Source: Acaryochloris marina S15 (lineage in GTDB: Bacteria; Cyanobacteriota; Cyanobacteriia; Thermosynechococcales; Thermosynechococcaceae). Taken from it: a DNA stretch of 32,000 nucleotides. The notes under the pieces are model-generated. The model saw nothing but the letters and a program-made list of their open reading frames with translations. It did not search any database and was not told the DNA's origin. Location: contig NZ_CP064923.1 in assembly GCF_018336915.1 (NCBI RefSeq), positions 4,470,001-4,502,000 on the forward strand. The letters run 5' to 3'. A program made the translations under genes and the position numbers. Numbering within the stretch: position 1 is the first letter of the stretch; the number at the start of each line of letters is the position of its first letter. Positions 18,017 to 27,178 of the stretch are shown one piece after another.

Positions 18017-21000
18017 CTAAGTATCCATTAGCCGCATCAAGAGATCTTTTACTCTTTGACAAGTGTCCTTGTAACTACTGAGTTCAATCAGAGAATCAAG
18101 TTGATCAAAAGCTGAATCTTTTTCTCGTTGAGTACGACCCGTCCCTTTCGTCCAAGCCAGATAATAGGCTTTTGCGATATCTTCTACAGATGCTTCTGAC
18201 TCATGGATACTTAAGTAGCGAAGCAGAGCTACTTCTGCGAGAGCAGCCTGACTCCATTCATCATCGTGGGATTTAGCACTCTTCTCGATCTCCTTCAACT
18301 CTTTATCGATATCGCGATTGGGATCGAGGCAGAGGTCTAAGGCCACTTGTTGGGAAAGTGGATAGTAGAGATTTTCAGGTTTCTGACCACAGGCAGCTGC
18401 ATAAGCATTTCGAGCCTCTTTAATACGTGGTTTACGCACATCTTTAGGGGCTGTCTTTGCTAATCGTTTTAAGATTGATCCCAATAAGCTATAGCGTTCT
18501 GATGATTCTTGAATTGCCAATAATCCATTTATCTGGTCTTGCGCACTGGCGAACCAGCTCTCTGCTTTGTCCTTTTGTTTTGGCGTTAAAGGAGGTTGAT
18601 GAGGGATAGGTTTTAATATTTGTTCGGCAGCACGAGCTTTCATATTAACGAGCCGCTCAATAGCCTCAATCGGAGCTTTCGATGTTTCGATCGCTTTTTC
18701 ATACCAAAAGACAGCCTCAGCATAATAGCCTAAGTCAGAATAGGCTTTACCAAGTCCAGACGTGATTTCACCTTTATGTTGCCATTGAGGATCTATATTT
18801 TGAGCTAATTCGTCGAGTTGGCGCTTAAGGCTCAGACGTTTAAGGTCATCCGCACCATTCGCTCGTTGGGAAAAATCTTGAAGATGTTCTTGGAGTTCAT
18901 CTGGGGAGACAAACACATGATTGTGAAACTGAGTGGGATTACGACGATCCACCCAGTAAAACGTAAATCCTGGATCTCCATAGACTTGATAAGCTCCCCA
19001 GGTTAAGTCATTGGGGCTACCAGTATTGTAGGTGGCAGCACGAGCAAGTCGTACTGCGTTCATCAGGGTATTACCTCCAATCAACTGTTCATAGAGGTTT
19101 TTTGCAAAGACTTGAGCAGACTGATCTCCCACAGCCCATCCCGCCACAACCACGACGCCAACCCCCATCTCAATCAACTTTTGAGCTAAACTCGCGGCTA
19201 AGTGACCCGGTTGGGAGTTGCGGCCCAAACTCCCTTCACCTAATTTTCCTAAATGGCAGCAATTCAAAAAGACAATGGAGGGTACTGCTTTCAGATTTTT
19301 AAACTCACCCGTCGTGAGGAAATCCTCTTGTCCAATCAAAACACCTGACTTAGAAGGGTCTTCTGCGTTGTAATCACCATGAGCGGCAATGTGAATAATG
19401 TCATATTCATCTTTATATAAAGCCTTGAAGATAGATTTAGTATCTGTGCCAATCTGACGTTCTGGTTTGATGTTAGATTTTTCTAGATAGTCAGCAATAG
19501 CTATGGCTTCTTTCTTTGCACCAGGCAGTTGTGGATTAACACCTACTGGATCACCAATGACTAAGGCTTTGCGACCTGAGGCTCTACGCGGATTTTCTCT
19601 ACATTCAGGGGTAGACAACGTTCTGAGCACACCAACTCGGACCCCTAAAGGCAATTGCCCAGAAGTTTTATCATGATCAGGGTCGAGTAATTCCCAAGGA
19701 ATTCGAGCCGTGTGACTATCTAATCCTAAGACCAAGTCTGGCGTATCTAAAGCATTATCTAAGAACTGATAGGGAAGCAAGTATTGGAATAGAGTTGCGC
19801 AAGAACAGATAGGATCTGTCATCGATTCTGATAATAGATTATCCACATACTTCCACTGGATTATGCGGATGTAGGGTTCACTGCGTGCCATATCTGTAGT
19901 GACGAAAAACTTTAACCCCTCATATTTGTCATAGTTTGTGATCTGAATTCTCCGGCTCCAACCTGCGCCATAAGGAGAAATGGGACGACTGCTGCGACCA
20001 CTAGCTCTAATATTAAGTTTTGATGTTACATCAACTTCCTGTTCATGACGGATCCGTAGCGTTTGCGCTGCATGTCCAGCATTGATCGCAATATCTCGGT
20101 AGAGTTCGACTATTTCAATGCACCGAATTTGGACACAGTTACCCAGATGTTTTTCGGTCAAAATATGATTAGTCGTTAGGGCTGCATTGAAAATCGAGGA
20201 AACTGATTCTTCCACAGTAATGCGTGATCCGCCAAAGCTGCCGATAAGGATACTGCTTAGACTGAGTTCATTGAGTGGGGCTGCGTCTTCTGGGATATGG
20301 CGTAATGCATATTCCAACATGGCAGAAACGAGATCACCTTCTAAAGAAAGCTTTTGGAGTTTCCCGACTTCACCTAACCCCGTGACAATAACACCGCCTT
20401 TAAGGTTTTCTGTTGTGTCATAGATCCGCACTGTTCCATGGGGCCCAGGATAACGCCCAATCTGGAGATCACGGGACATCGTCCCACCGATGGCTTTGTC
20501 TAATACAGATTCAACGCTGACGATGGGATCTCCGATATAATGACCGGCGATAACGGGATATTTTGCTTCACGAATATCAGCGTTTGTAACTTCTAGTTTG
20601 ATTGGCGCTGTAAAATCCGGCTGAAGTTCCCAGGCCCGACCCGCGATCGCCTCAAAGATATCGGCCTCATTCGGATACACTCGGAGTTCGAGTTCTTGCT
20701 CTTCTTCTGCTAAGGTAAATAGCTCTGTTTCAGTATCCCGCTGAATTACAGGGGGACTATTCGAAAGCTTATTGGTTCTACCGTCAGATAGTAGTTCTAG
20801 ATAGCCGTCGAAGGCGGGTGGATAATTGGGGAGTTGACCATGCTCGGCATCCACATAGTAGGTCTCCACTTTGGGAAGCCGTCCAAGTTCCCAGGGCACG
20901 GCACCATCTCCACGACCAGTATAGCGAAACGTCACTTTGTTGTCCGCTTTTTCCATCGTTGTGGGAGTGGCCTTATCATGACCTGCCACATAGACCATAT

Positions 21001-23233
21001 AGTCGGCATCAATAGCTTGATTGAGTCGTTGCCGAAACGCTTTGGCGTTCTCCAGTATTGTTGGATCGGGACGATATGCTTCGAATCCATTCCAGCTTTC
21101 TGGAGTGATCAAATCAAAGGCTTTTTCGGCACCGTCCTCCTCTAGGGTTTTATAGGGCAGCATTTCCATCAAACCAGGAAAATCCCGTACTAGCACAGTT
21201 AAATCCTTAAGCGAATTCCTTAGGTCAACTTTGGCTAGGGTTTGGAGGAGCTTATGTTTTTGCGTGACGACCTGGGCGGGCACATAAGAACCATAGTTTG
21301 GAGTTCCTAACATGACAAGTCGTCCGCCACGTTGCGTCATTTTTTCCCATACGCGTGGATATTCTGACAGGATAGACCGAGCTACAAGCCCTCCCATGGA
21401 ATGAGCAAGGATGCGAATTGGCTGTTGATGATTAGATAGTTCTGCCTTAATCTGCTCAACTAACAATGCTGCAGAGTCCCGAATAGGGATTCGCCAGTCA
21501 AAGTCAAAGGTTAGGACGTCATAATGTTTAATAAGCCTATCGTAGAGTCGCTCATAGACTAGATTAATGAGGCCATCAGGCGAAATCTGATCTTGATAAG
21601 GTTCTTCTTGATAAATCTTTCCTGTATCAATTTTTAGTTTGCTTATACCTCCAAACGCAATACGCCCTGGGTGAATCCATTGTCGATCACTATCGTGGGC
21701 TAAATGTGAGCCCATAATGCCGGGTAGGAAGAACAACACAGGTCGCTCTCCTGTGGTGGGCTTGTTATCGGGAATTGCACGTGTGCTATTTCCTCTTAAT
21801 CCGCCATAATCATCATTAGAACGAAGCGGAGAAAATCCTTCTTTTTTGTCTTCTAACCAGCCCACGATGGGGATGCGGGTAGCATCTTCCTTAAAGTAAG
21901 AGAAATGATCAGCATGGGGGCCGCGCGCATATAGGCCCCAGGCATTTTCGCGGGGGACACCGCGAAACATGGATTTGCTATCAACCACGAGGTCGTTATC
22001 TTCGCGATAATAGAGATTTGCAAAGAAGGCTTTGACTCGAGTCAATGCCCCTCCTTCAGAAAGATCTCCCGCGATAATCCCAATCTCCTGCTTTTCATCT
22101 AATGCTTTGGCAGAGTTTAGAAAGGGGATATAGCCTTTATCCATATGAGGCATCATGGCCTCAAGTCCTGGGAGTTTATCGGCTTTAGTGCGCGTTTTAA
22201 TAATCGTTAATGCGGTGGCTTTGATAAATTCATAGGCAGCTGCAGCGGCGGGGCTAGTTAGTTTACCTACTAATGTAAGGATAATGTTGAGGTAAGTATC
22301 TGCTCGCTCAGATGCCAGTAGGGTGCCCGCAGCTGGAGAGGCCACTCGAACATATCGCTCAATTTTAACGTCTTTGTTTTTTCGTTGGTCTCTAAACTGG
22401 TTGAGTTGTGCTTGAGCATCGGGATAGGTACTCTGAGGGAAGAATTGTTCGACTTCCTCATTTTCCCAATCTGGACGACAGAATAAATCTCCAATCAATC
22501 CACCTCTGGAATAGGTGAGTAAATGTAATTTAGCTCCCTGGGGAAGTTCTGAGAGAATTTGAAGCGCATTGTCAACAGGACTTTTAGTGACCGTAAAGTG
22601 CTCTAAGGCAAGGACATGCCCCTCTACATAACCTTGATAGAGTCGCTTCCATTCGACAGAAGTGAATAACTTATCAAAAGAGCCAGCAGTGGAACTGAAA
22701 GTACCATGAATTAGGACAAGATAGGGGTCTGGAGAGACTTGAAGATCGTGGGCGAAAGTTGTGCGCACTCCATCTGGGCCAAGATGGTAGAGCCCTGGCT
22801 TCTCCATGTGTCGTGGTTCAAGTGTCTGGGCAATAATTGTGGTGGCGTCTTCTGTTGCTTTCTCTATAAAGCTGCTCTTGATGCGTTTAATGATATTGAG
22901 ACCAATATCTGCTAGACCTCTGTTAGTTCCACCCATCGGTCTACGAGCGGGAACACTGATGGCGTCGTCACTGACGTCGCGGTTTATCTCACCATAGCGA
23001 GCATTGAGTTCATCGGCTCTAATCAGTTCAATAATCCCGTCTTCCCAGGTGAGTTCCAACACGTCATCAGGTTGGACATCATCAATGACAATGCTTTGAT
23101 GAGTACCTCGGCTGCGGGAAAGACTGACATTGGTTTCTTCTTCGACCTGAAAGATATCAGCATATGTCTTGAAGGTTGGAGTAATGTCGTTAGATGGACG
23201 GAGTTCTCCTGGAAGACGGATTTTAAGGGTCAT
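18017..23233 (-). CDS. 1738-aa multidomain protein: two lipase-type alpha/beta hydrolase domains, an unassigned region, a CHAT (caspase-like) protease and TPR-like repeats
   Basis: Hydrolase 1 (aa about 165-470): LVLIHGTFSS, nucleophile elbow LTYSRGG (Ser242, 22508-22510), NDLVVDS, HADHF. Hydrolase 2, LCAT-like (aa about 500-800): FDFDWR, AHSMGGLV (Ser612, 21398-21400), GTPNYGS, GDGAV, AEHG. Unassigned region aa about 830-1160. CHAT: IIHIAAHGD (His1285, 19379-19381) and FLNCCHLG (Cys1325/1326, 19256-19261). C-terminus has TPR-like helices (GKAYSDLGYYAEAVFWYEKAIE). Confidence 0.9.
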   Translation of the reverse strand: MTLKIRLPGELRPSNDITPTFKTYADIFQVEEETNVSLSRSRGTHQSIVIDDVQPDDVLELTWEDGIIELIRADELNARYGEINRDVSDDAISVPARRPMGGTNRGLADIGLNIIKRIKSSFIEKATEDATTIIAQTLEPRHMEKPGLYHLGPDGVRTTFAHDLQVSPDPYLVLIHGTFSSTAGSFDKLFTSVEWKRLYQGYVEGHVLALEHFTVTKSPVDNALQILSELPQGAKLHLLTYSRGGLIGDLFCRPDWENEEVEQFFPQSTYPDAQAQLNQFRDQRKNKDVKIERYVRVASPAAGTLLASERADTYLNIILTLVGKLTSPAAAAAYEFIKATALTIIKTRTKADKLPGLEAMMPHMDKGYIPFLNSAKALDEKQEIGIIAGDLSEGGALTRVKAFFANLYYREDNDLVVDSKSMFRGVPRENAWGLYARGPHADHFSYFKEDATRIPIVGWLEDKKEGFSPLRSNDDYGGLRGNSTRAIPDNKPTTGERPVLFFLPGIMGSHLAHDSDRQWIHPGRIAFGGISKLKIDTGKIYQEEPYQDQISPDGLINLVYERLYDRLIKHYDVLTFDFDWRIPIRDSAALLVEQIKAELSNHQQPIRILAHSMGGLVARSILSEYPRVWEKMTQRGGRLVMLGTPNYGSYVPAQVVTQKHKLLQTLAKVDLRNSLKDLTVLVRDFPGLMEMLPYKTLEEDGAEKAFDLITPESWNGFEAYRPDPTILENAKAFRQRLNQAIDADYMVYVAGHDKATPTTMEKADNKVTFRYTGRGDGAVPWELGRLPKVETYYVDAEHGQLPNYPPAFDGYLELLSDGRTNKLSNSPPVIQRDTETELFTLAEEEQELELRVYPNEADIFEAIAGRAWELQPDFTAPIKLEVTNADIREAKYPVIAGHYIGDPIVSVESVLDKAIGGTMSRDLQIGRYPGPHGTVRIYDTTENLKGGVIVTGLGEVGKLQKLSLEGDLVSAMLEYALRHIPEDAAPLNELSLSSILIGSFGGSRITVEESVSSIFNAALTTNHILTEKHLGNCVQIRCIEIVELYRDIAINAGHAAQTLRIRHEQEVDVTSKLNIRASGRSSRPISPYGAGWSRRIQITNYDKYEGLKFFVTTDMARSEPYIRIIQWKYVDNLLSESMTDPICSCATLFQYLLPYQFLDNALDTPDLVLGLDSHTARIPWELLDPDHDKTSGQLPLGVRVGVLRTLSTPECRENPRRASGRKALVIGDPVGVNPQLPGAKKEAIAIADYLEKSNIKPERQIGTDTKSIFKALYKDEYDIIHIAAHGDYNAEDPSKSGVLIGQEDFLTTGEFKNLKAVPSIVFLNCCHLGKLGEGSLGRNSQPGHLAASLAQKLIEMGVGVVVVAGWAVGDQSAQVFAKNLYEQLIGGNTLMNAVRLARAATYNTGSPNDLTWGAYQVYGDPGFTFYWVDRRNPTQFHNHVFVSPDELQEHLQDFSQRANGADDLKRLSLKRQLDELAQNIDPQWQHKGEITSGLGKAYSDLGYYAEAVFWYEKAIETSKAPIEAIERLVNMKARAAEQILKPIPHQPPLTPKQKDKAESWFASAQDQINGLLAIQESSERYSLLGSILKRLAKTAPKDVRKPRIKEARNAYAAACGQKPENLYYPLSQQVALDLCLDPNRDIDKELKEIEKSAKSHDDEWSQAALAEVALLRYLSIHESEASVEDIAKAYYLAWTKGTGRTQREKDSAFDQLDSLIELSSYKDTCQRVKDLLMRLMDT

Positions 23234-23816
23234 GTTGAGGATCCTGAAACTTGAGCAGCCATCTTGCCATCAGACCATACTTTTATCACTTCCACGCCAT
23301 AATTTTATTATTTTTCAATTACCTCAATTTGGGGTTTTTGGAGTAAACGAAATTATCAGCACTGGGTAGCCAGATTTCATAAAATTGCCATTAGCAACCC
23401 TAACCTTTATCCTTAATTACTATTCAGATAGTCTGAAATATTTCTTTCAGTTCACTAACACCGTGGATGATTTTTCCCCATCAGATAGAGATACGAGGTC
23501 TGCCATTCGACTCCGAGATCTCAAAATGACAGCTCCTGTAGCTTCTCTTCCAACGTATTTCCCATTGTCCTTACCCATCCTGCAACTGCCTTAGATGCTC
23601 ATCAAATCGCTAATAAGCCTTCTTGATCAGCTGCTTATCTGTTTCCCACTACAGCCGATAAAAAGTCAAACCCTAGCTCACAAGCATCATGAAACTCTAT
23701 CTCCCAGGTCACCATTCACGCAGAAGCTTCCTATACTCTGCTTTAGAGTACAGTAGACTCACAAGACATATTGCTCTGAATCCCATTAACCCTGAATCAT
23801 AACCAATAAGGGTTAT

Positions 23817-24407
23817 TCAGCTTAACTCAAGTGCAAACCCTGGCAATACATCTGCCCCAAACACAGTAGCCGGAAGCTGCACAAATTCAACCTCTTGCCC
23901 CACTCTATATATCTCTACCGTCTGGTCCTGAGGATTAATCAACCGCCCCAACCTCAAACCACTGTCTAAGTACTCCAACATCTTTTCCTGTAGAGGTCCT
24001 AAGCGATCGCTTTTTGAGCGTAGTTCAATCACAAAATCAGGGCAAATGGGCGGAAACTGCTCCTTTTCCTCTGGCGATAGCGCATCCCAGCGTTCTTGGC
24101 TCACCCAGGCCGCATCAGGAGAACGATGGTCCTAGACCGGCCTTCGGCCATCACCTCCACCAGGCAGCTTGAACATAGTAGACGAACTAAAGACTACTCC
24201 TAAGCCAGCCTGACGATTCCAGAGATTGAGGTCAGTAATATAGTCTGCTTCCTTGCTTCCACTTCCACCACCAACTGGGGGCATAATGATCAATTCTCCC
24301 ATTGGGCTACGCTCCATAGCCACGTCTTTATTGGCCATACACAGCTTATAAAACTGCTCATCGGTCAGTGTCACTACCGGTTCTAGATTGAGCGTAATAG
24401 CCGTCAT
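23817..24407 (-). pseudogene. Uma2 (DUF820) family endonuclease interrupted by an in-frame TAG
   Basis: Track ORFs 24132-24407 and 23817-24104 are in the same frame: ...FKLPGGGDGRRPV*DHRSPDAAWVSQERW..., where SPDAAWV is the usual Uma2 motif. A single TAG at 24132-24134 splits the gene. HIP1 at 24003-24010. Confidence 0.75.
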
Positions 24408-24452
24408 AACGTGAGTTCGCGATCTTACGGATTCATTATTTTTAGAAGCGCT

Positions 24453-24463
24453 GACTCTAAGAT
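24453..24463. repeat. 11-bp target-site duplication gactctaagat, left copy
   Basis: The identical 11-mer is at 25948-25958, directly outside the IS4 termini. Confidence 0.85.
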
Positions 24464-24496
24464 CAATGTCACTGACTTAAGAAAGCAGAAAAGGGC

Positions 24497-24531
24497 TGCA
24501 AGTCTTGATAGATATAGAATCAAGACTTGCA
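24497..24531 (+). promoter_or_regulatory. 13-bp perfect inverted repeat in the IS4 5' leader
   Basis: tgcaagtcttgat (24497-24509) and atcaagacttgca (24519-24531) are exact reverse complements with a 9-nt spacer. They lie 26 nt upstream of the transposase ATG. A role in damping read-through expression is inferred only. Confidence 0.4.
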
Positions 24532-24556
24532 ATCCATCAATAATCTGCCTTCTACT

Positions 24557-25924
24557 ATGTCTCAGTCAGCCGAAATTCTCAAGCATCAGTTTTCCCAAAG
24601 CCTGGGATTGCCCTGGACGGATATTCTTCCCGCTTCAAGGCTGACCGACATCCTAGCAGAGGAATCAATCTCCTATCGCAACCGTGTGTATACGCCCATC
24701 GTTACGTTGTGGGCCATGCTCTACCAAGCATTATCTGCAGACAAAAGCTTGCGCAACACGGTCAAATGCATCACCACCTGGCTCACTGCCGCAGGACTCC
24801 AACCCCCATCATCAGATACAGGAGCCTACAGTAAAGCCCGAGGAAGATTACCTGAGTCCCTGCTGCAAAGGTTAATTCCCGAAACTACTAATCACATAGA
24901 GCAAAGCATTCCCCAAGAACACCACTGGTGTAATCGAACAGTGAAAGTCTATGACGGCACGACAGTGCTGATGGCTGATAGTGCGGCGAACCAAGGGGAG
25001 TATCCTCAACATGGCAATCAGGCTCCTGGCTGTGGATTCCCCATTGCCCGTTTAGTGGTGTTTTTTTGCTTAATCACAGGGGCAGTGGTCTCAGCCTGCA
25101 TTGCCCCCTGGAGCATGAGTGAAATCGTCATCAGTCGGCTGCTTTATGAGGATCTGGAGGTTGATGATGTGGCCATAGCAGATCAAGCCTATGGCAGCTA
25201 TGTTGATCTAGCCCTGATTCAACAACAAGGAGCCGATGGGGTTTTACGTAAACATCATGCCCGTCATACAGACTTCCGTAAAGGACGTAAGAACGGGATA
25301 GGAGACCACCAAGTTCAATGGCAAAAGCCCACACGGTGTCCCGCCCACATGAGTGCAACGGAGTTTGCAGAGATTCCCAAAACGTTGACAGTCAGGGAGG
25401 TATCGCTACGTCTATCGCGTCGAGGCTTTCGAGACCAGTTCATTATCGTCGTCACAACCTTACTGGATGCTCAGCGCTATAGTGCTAAACAATTGACTCG
25501 CTTGTACGGATGGCGATGGCAGGCGGCTGAAGTCAATTTGAGACACCTCAAAACCACCTTAAAGATGGAAATGCTCACGGCAAAGACACCTGAAATGGTG
25601 CGCAAGGATATTTGGTCTCATTTGCTAGGCTACAACTTATTGAGAAGTCTCATGGAACAGGCTGCCCCATGGGCAGAATATGACCGCTCTCGACTCTCTT
25701 TACAAGGGGCTCGACAACACTTTAATCAGATGCTGGTTTTGTTAGCAACGGCCACACAAGCTATACGTCAACGGTTGTATGCTCATCTGCTTGAAAATAT
25801 TGCTACTGACCTTCTGCCTGTTCGACCCCATCGGCTCGAACCCAGGGTCGTTAAACGAAGACCTAAGCCCTTCCCCAGAATGCGACAACCGCGCTCTGTC
25901 CTCAAAGCCAATCTGGCTGCTTGA
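24557..25924 (+). CDS. IS4-family DDE transposase
   Basis: I prefer the ATG at 24557 over the TTG at 24527 used by the track. Motifs: VKVYDGTTVLMADS (D), AIADQAYGSY (D), LYGWRWQAAEVNLRHLK (YREK-like region). Confidence 0.9.
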   Translation: MSQSAEILKHQFSQSLGLPWTDILPASRLTDILAEESISYRNRVYTPIVTLWAMLYQALSADKSLRNTVKCITTWLTAAGLQPPSSDTGAYSKARGRLPESLLQRLIPETTNHIEQSIPQEHHWCNRTVKVYDGTTVLMADSAANQGEYPQHGNQAPGCGFPIARLVVFFCLITGAVVSACIAPWSMSEIVISRLLYEDLEVDDVAIADQAYGSYVDLALIQQQGADGVLRKHHARHTDFRKGRKNGIGDHQVQWQKPTRCPAHMSATEFAEIPKTLTVREVSLRLSRRGFRDQFIIVVTTLLDAQRYSAKQLTRLYGWRWQAAEVNLRHLKTTLKMEMLTAKTPEMVRKDIWSHLLGYNLLRSLMEQAAPWAEYDRSRLSLQGARQHFNQMLVLLATATQAIRQRLYAHLLENIATDLLPVRPHRLEPRVVKRRPKPFPRMRQPRSVLKANLAA

Positions 25925-25947
25925 TTAAGCTTATCTCAGTGCCATTG

Positions 25948-25958
25948 GACTCTAAGAT
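25948..25958. repeat. 11-bp target-site duplication gactctaagat, right copy
   Basis: See the left copy at 24453-24463. Confidence 0.85.
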
Positions 25959-26083
25959 GACACACAATATCTACGGTTTGGCATTGCGTGTAACCTCAAC
26001 CACAGATTTGGGAGCAGCACACCCCGTCTACTTGGCACAGGGTAGAAGTTTTTCACATACTGAATCGAAAATTTAACAGATCT

Positions 26084-27154
26084 CTACTCATCCGTATGCC
26101 AAGGATCCTTAGTAAAATTCTCATCCAAAATCCGCTTAGGCCGCATCACTAAAACAACCTGCCCATAAAGCTTTTGCTCAGGAGCCTCCGCAAACCACTG
26201 CACCTGCAAATGCCCATCCACCTCTATCAGAAAATAGCAGTCCTCATGCCACTGTCGCTGATCCCGATCAATAATCACCAGCACCTCCTCCGTCGGCCGA
26301 GGCAAATCCGGACCTAAATCCTGCACCTGAGCCAACAACGCCACCGGATCCTCCGCTCGTAAAATCACCTGCCACCCTGGAACTGGCACCCAAGTACAGT
26401 TACCCGAAAACTGAACCATTCCAAAAGGCTCTTCTTCTTCCACTACTGGCACTGCCTTTAAATCATCCACCGTCAACGGCAAGTGACCCACCACAGGCAT
26501 CAACCGGGGCAGCTCCTCCTCCGACTCCAACCGGAAAAACGGCAGGCGGGGAGCCTCTTTTGCTTTTACCACTGAGAAATCGCTTAACAGCATTTGCAAC
26601 TTTTCCCGGGCTGAATCGCTATGGGCAAACTTTAACCCCTGACCGATTAACCGCGATCGCTCCTGCAAATCATCCTTTTGACGGGCGAAATACCAGCATC
26701 GATAGGCCATCGCATCCCCTGGTGTATCTGTGAATCCCACCGGAGTCTCCGAGAGGCGACTGTACTCCTTCATCGCCTTTGCGATCGCACGGGCTTCATC
26801 CGCATCCAACTGCTTCTCTGCCGCCAGGGTCGCCGCTTCCGCTCGTCCATCCTGATTCAGCACTCGAAATTCATAGAGAATATCGCTACGGCGTTCCCCA
26901 AAATACTGGCAAGCCGCATCTGCCCCCTTGTCCTTCAGATTTTGATAGACCTGCCCCGCCACAACAATCTGGTTTTGTTGAATCGGTTCAATCCCAGATT
27001 CTTCAAAAATCTGCTGAGGACTATAGCCCGCTTTCTGGAGCTGCTGGCAGGCCATCCCCCAATCTACCCAGGTTTTCTGCTTACGGCGAAGCATCAGTAA
27101 AAGCTCGTCGACATCAATATCGGGGCTAGATCCAGGAGGCGTAAAAGAAGTCAT
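26084..27154 (-). CDS. raf1: Rubisco accumulation factor 1
   Basis: Matches conserved Raf1 blocks: KQKTWVDWGMACQQLQKAGYSPQQIFEESG, LYEFRVLNQ, RLIGQGLKFAHS, RLESEEELPR, WVPVPGWQVILRAEDPVALL, and the C-terminus DPWHTDE. I prefer the ATG at 27154 over the TTG at 27169. HIP1 at 26653 and 26781. Confidence 0.85.
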   Translation of the reverse strand: MTSFTPPGSSPDIDVDELLLMLRRKQKTWVDWGMACQQLQKAGYSPQQIFEESGIEPIQQNQIVVAGQVYQNLKDKGADAACQYFGERRSDILYEFRVLNQDGRAEAATLAAEKQLDADEARAIAKAMKEYSRLSETPVGFTDTPGDAMAYRCWYFARQKDDLQERSRLIGQGLKFAHSDSAREKLQMLLSDFSVVKAKEAPRLPFFRLESEEELPRLMPVVGHLPLTVDDLKAVPVVEEEEPFGMVQFSGNCTWVPVPGWQVILRAEDPVALLAQVQDLGPDLPRPTEEVLVIIDRDQRQWHEDCYFLIEVDGHLQVQWFAEAPEQKLYGQVVLVMRPKRILDENFTKDPWHTDE

Positions 27155-27178
27155 GGGCAAAGATCGCAATGAACGGAA

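Larger units (their letters stand above)
24464..25947 (+). mobile_element. intact IS4-family insertion sequence (1484 bp)
   Basis: IRL caatgtcactgacttaag... (24464-) and the reverse complement of IRR, caatggcactgagataag... (ending at 25947), match at 15 of the first 18 positions. It is flanked by an 11-bp direct repeat and carries a single transposase gene. Confidence 0.85.

Noticed and set aside
18818-23369. Short plus-strand ORFs overlapping the giant minus-strand gene, and 60-70-aa ORFs in its upstream leader (23072-23594).
   Set aside because: These are shadow ORFs of the 1738-aa gene, or unsupported ORFs without an RBS or recognisable motifs.
9697-24134. Three in-frame stops in recognisable genes (TAG 9697, TGA 10540/11868, TAG 24132) as possible evidence of stop-codon reassignment or a suppressor background.
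   Set aside because: Well-supported genes in the window terminate normally on all three stops: TAA (rbcL, rbcS, rca, RND permease), TAG (MFP, raf1, giant gene) and TGA (SGNH hydrolase, IS4 transposase, antitoxin). The interrupted genes are all mobile or accessory and prone to decay.
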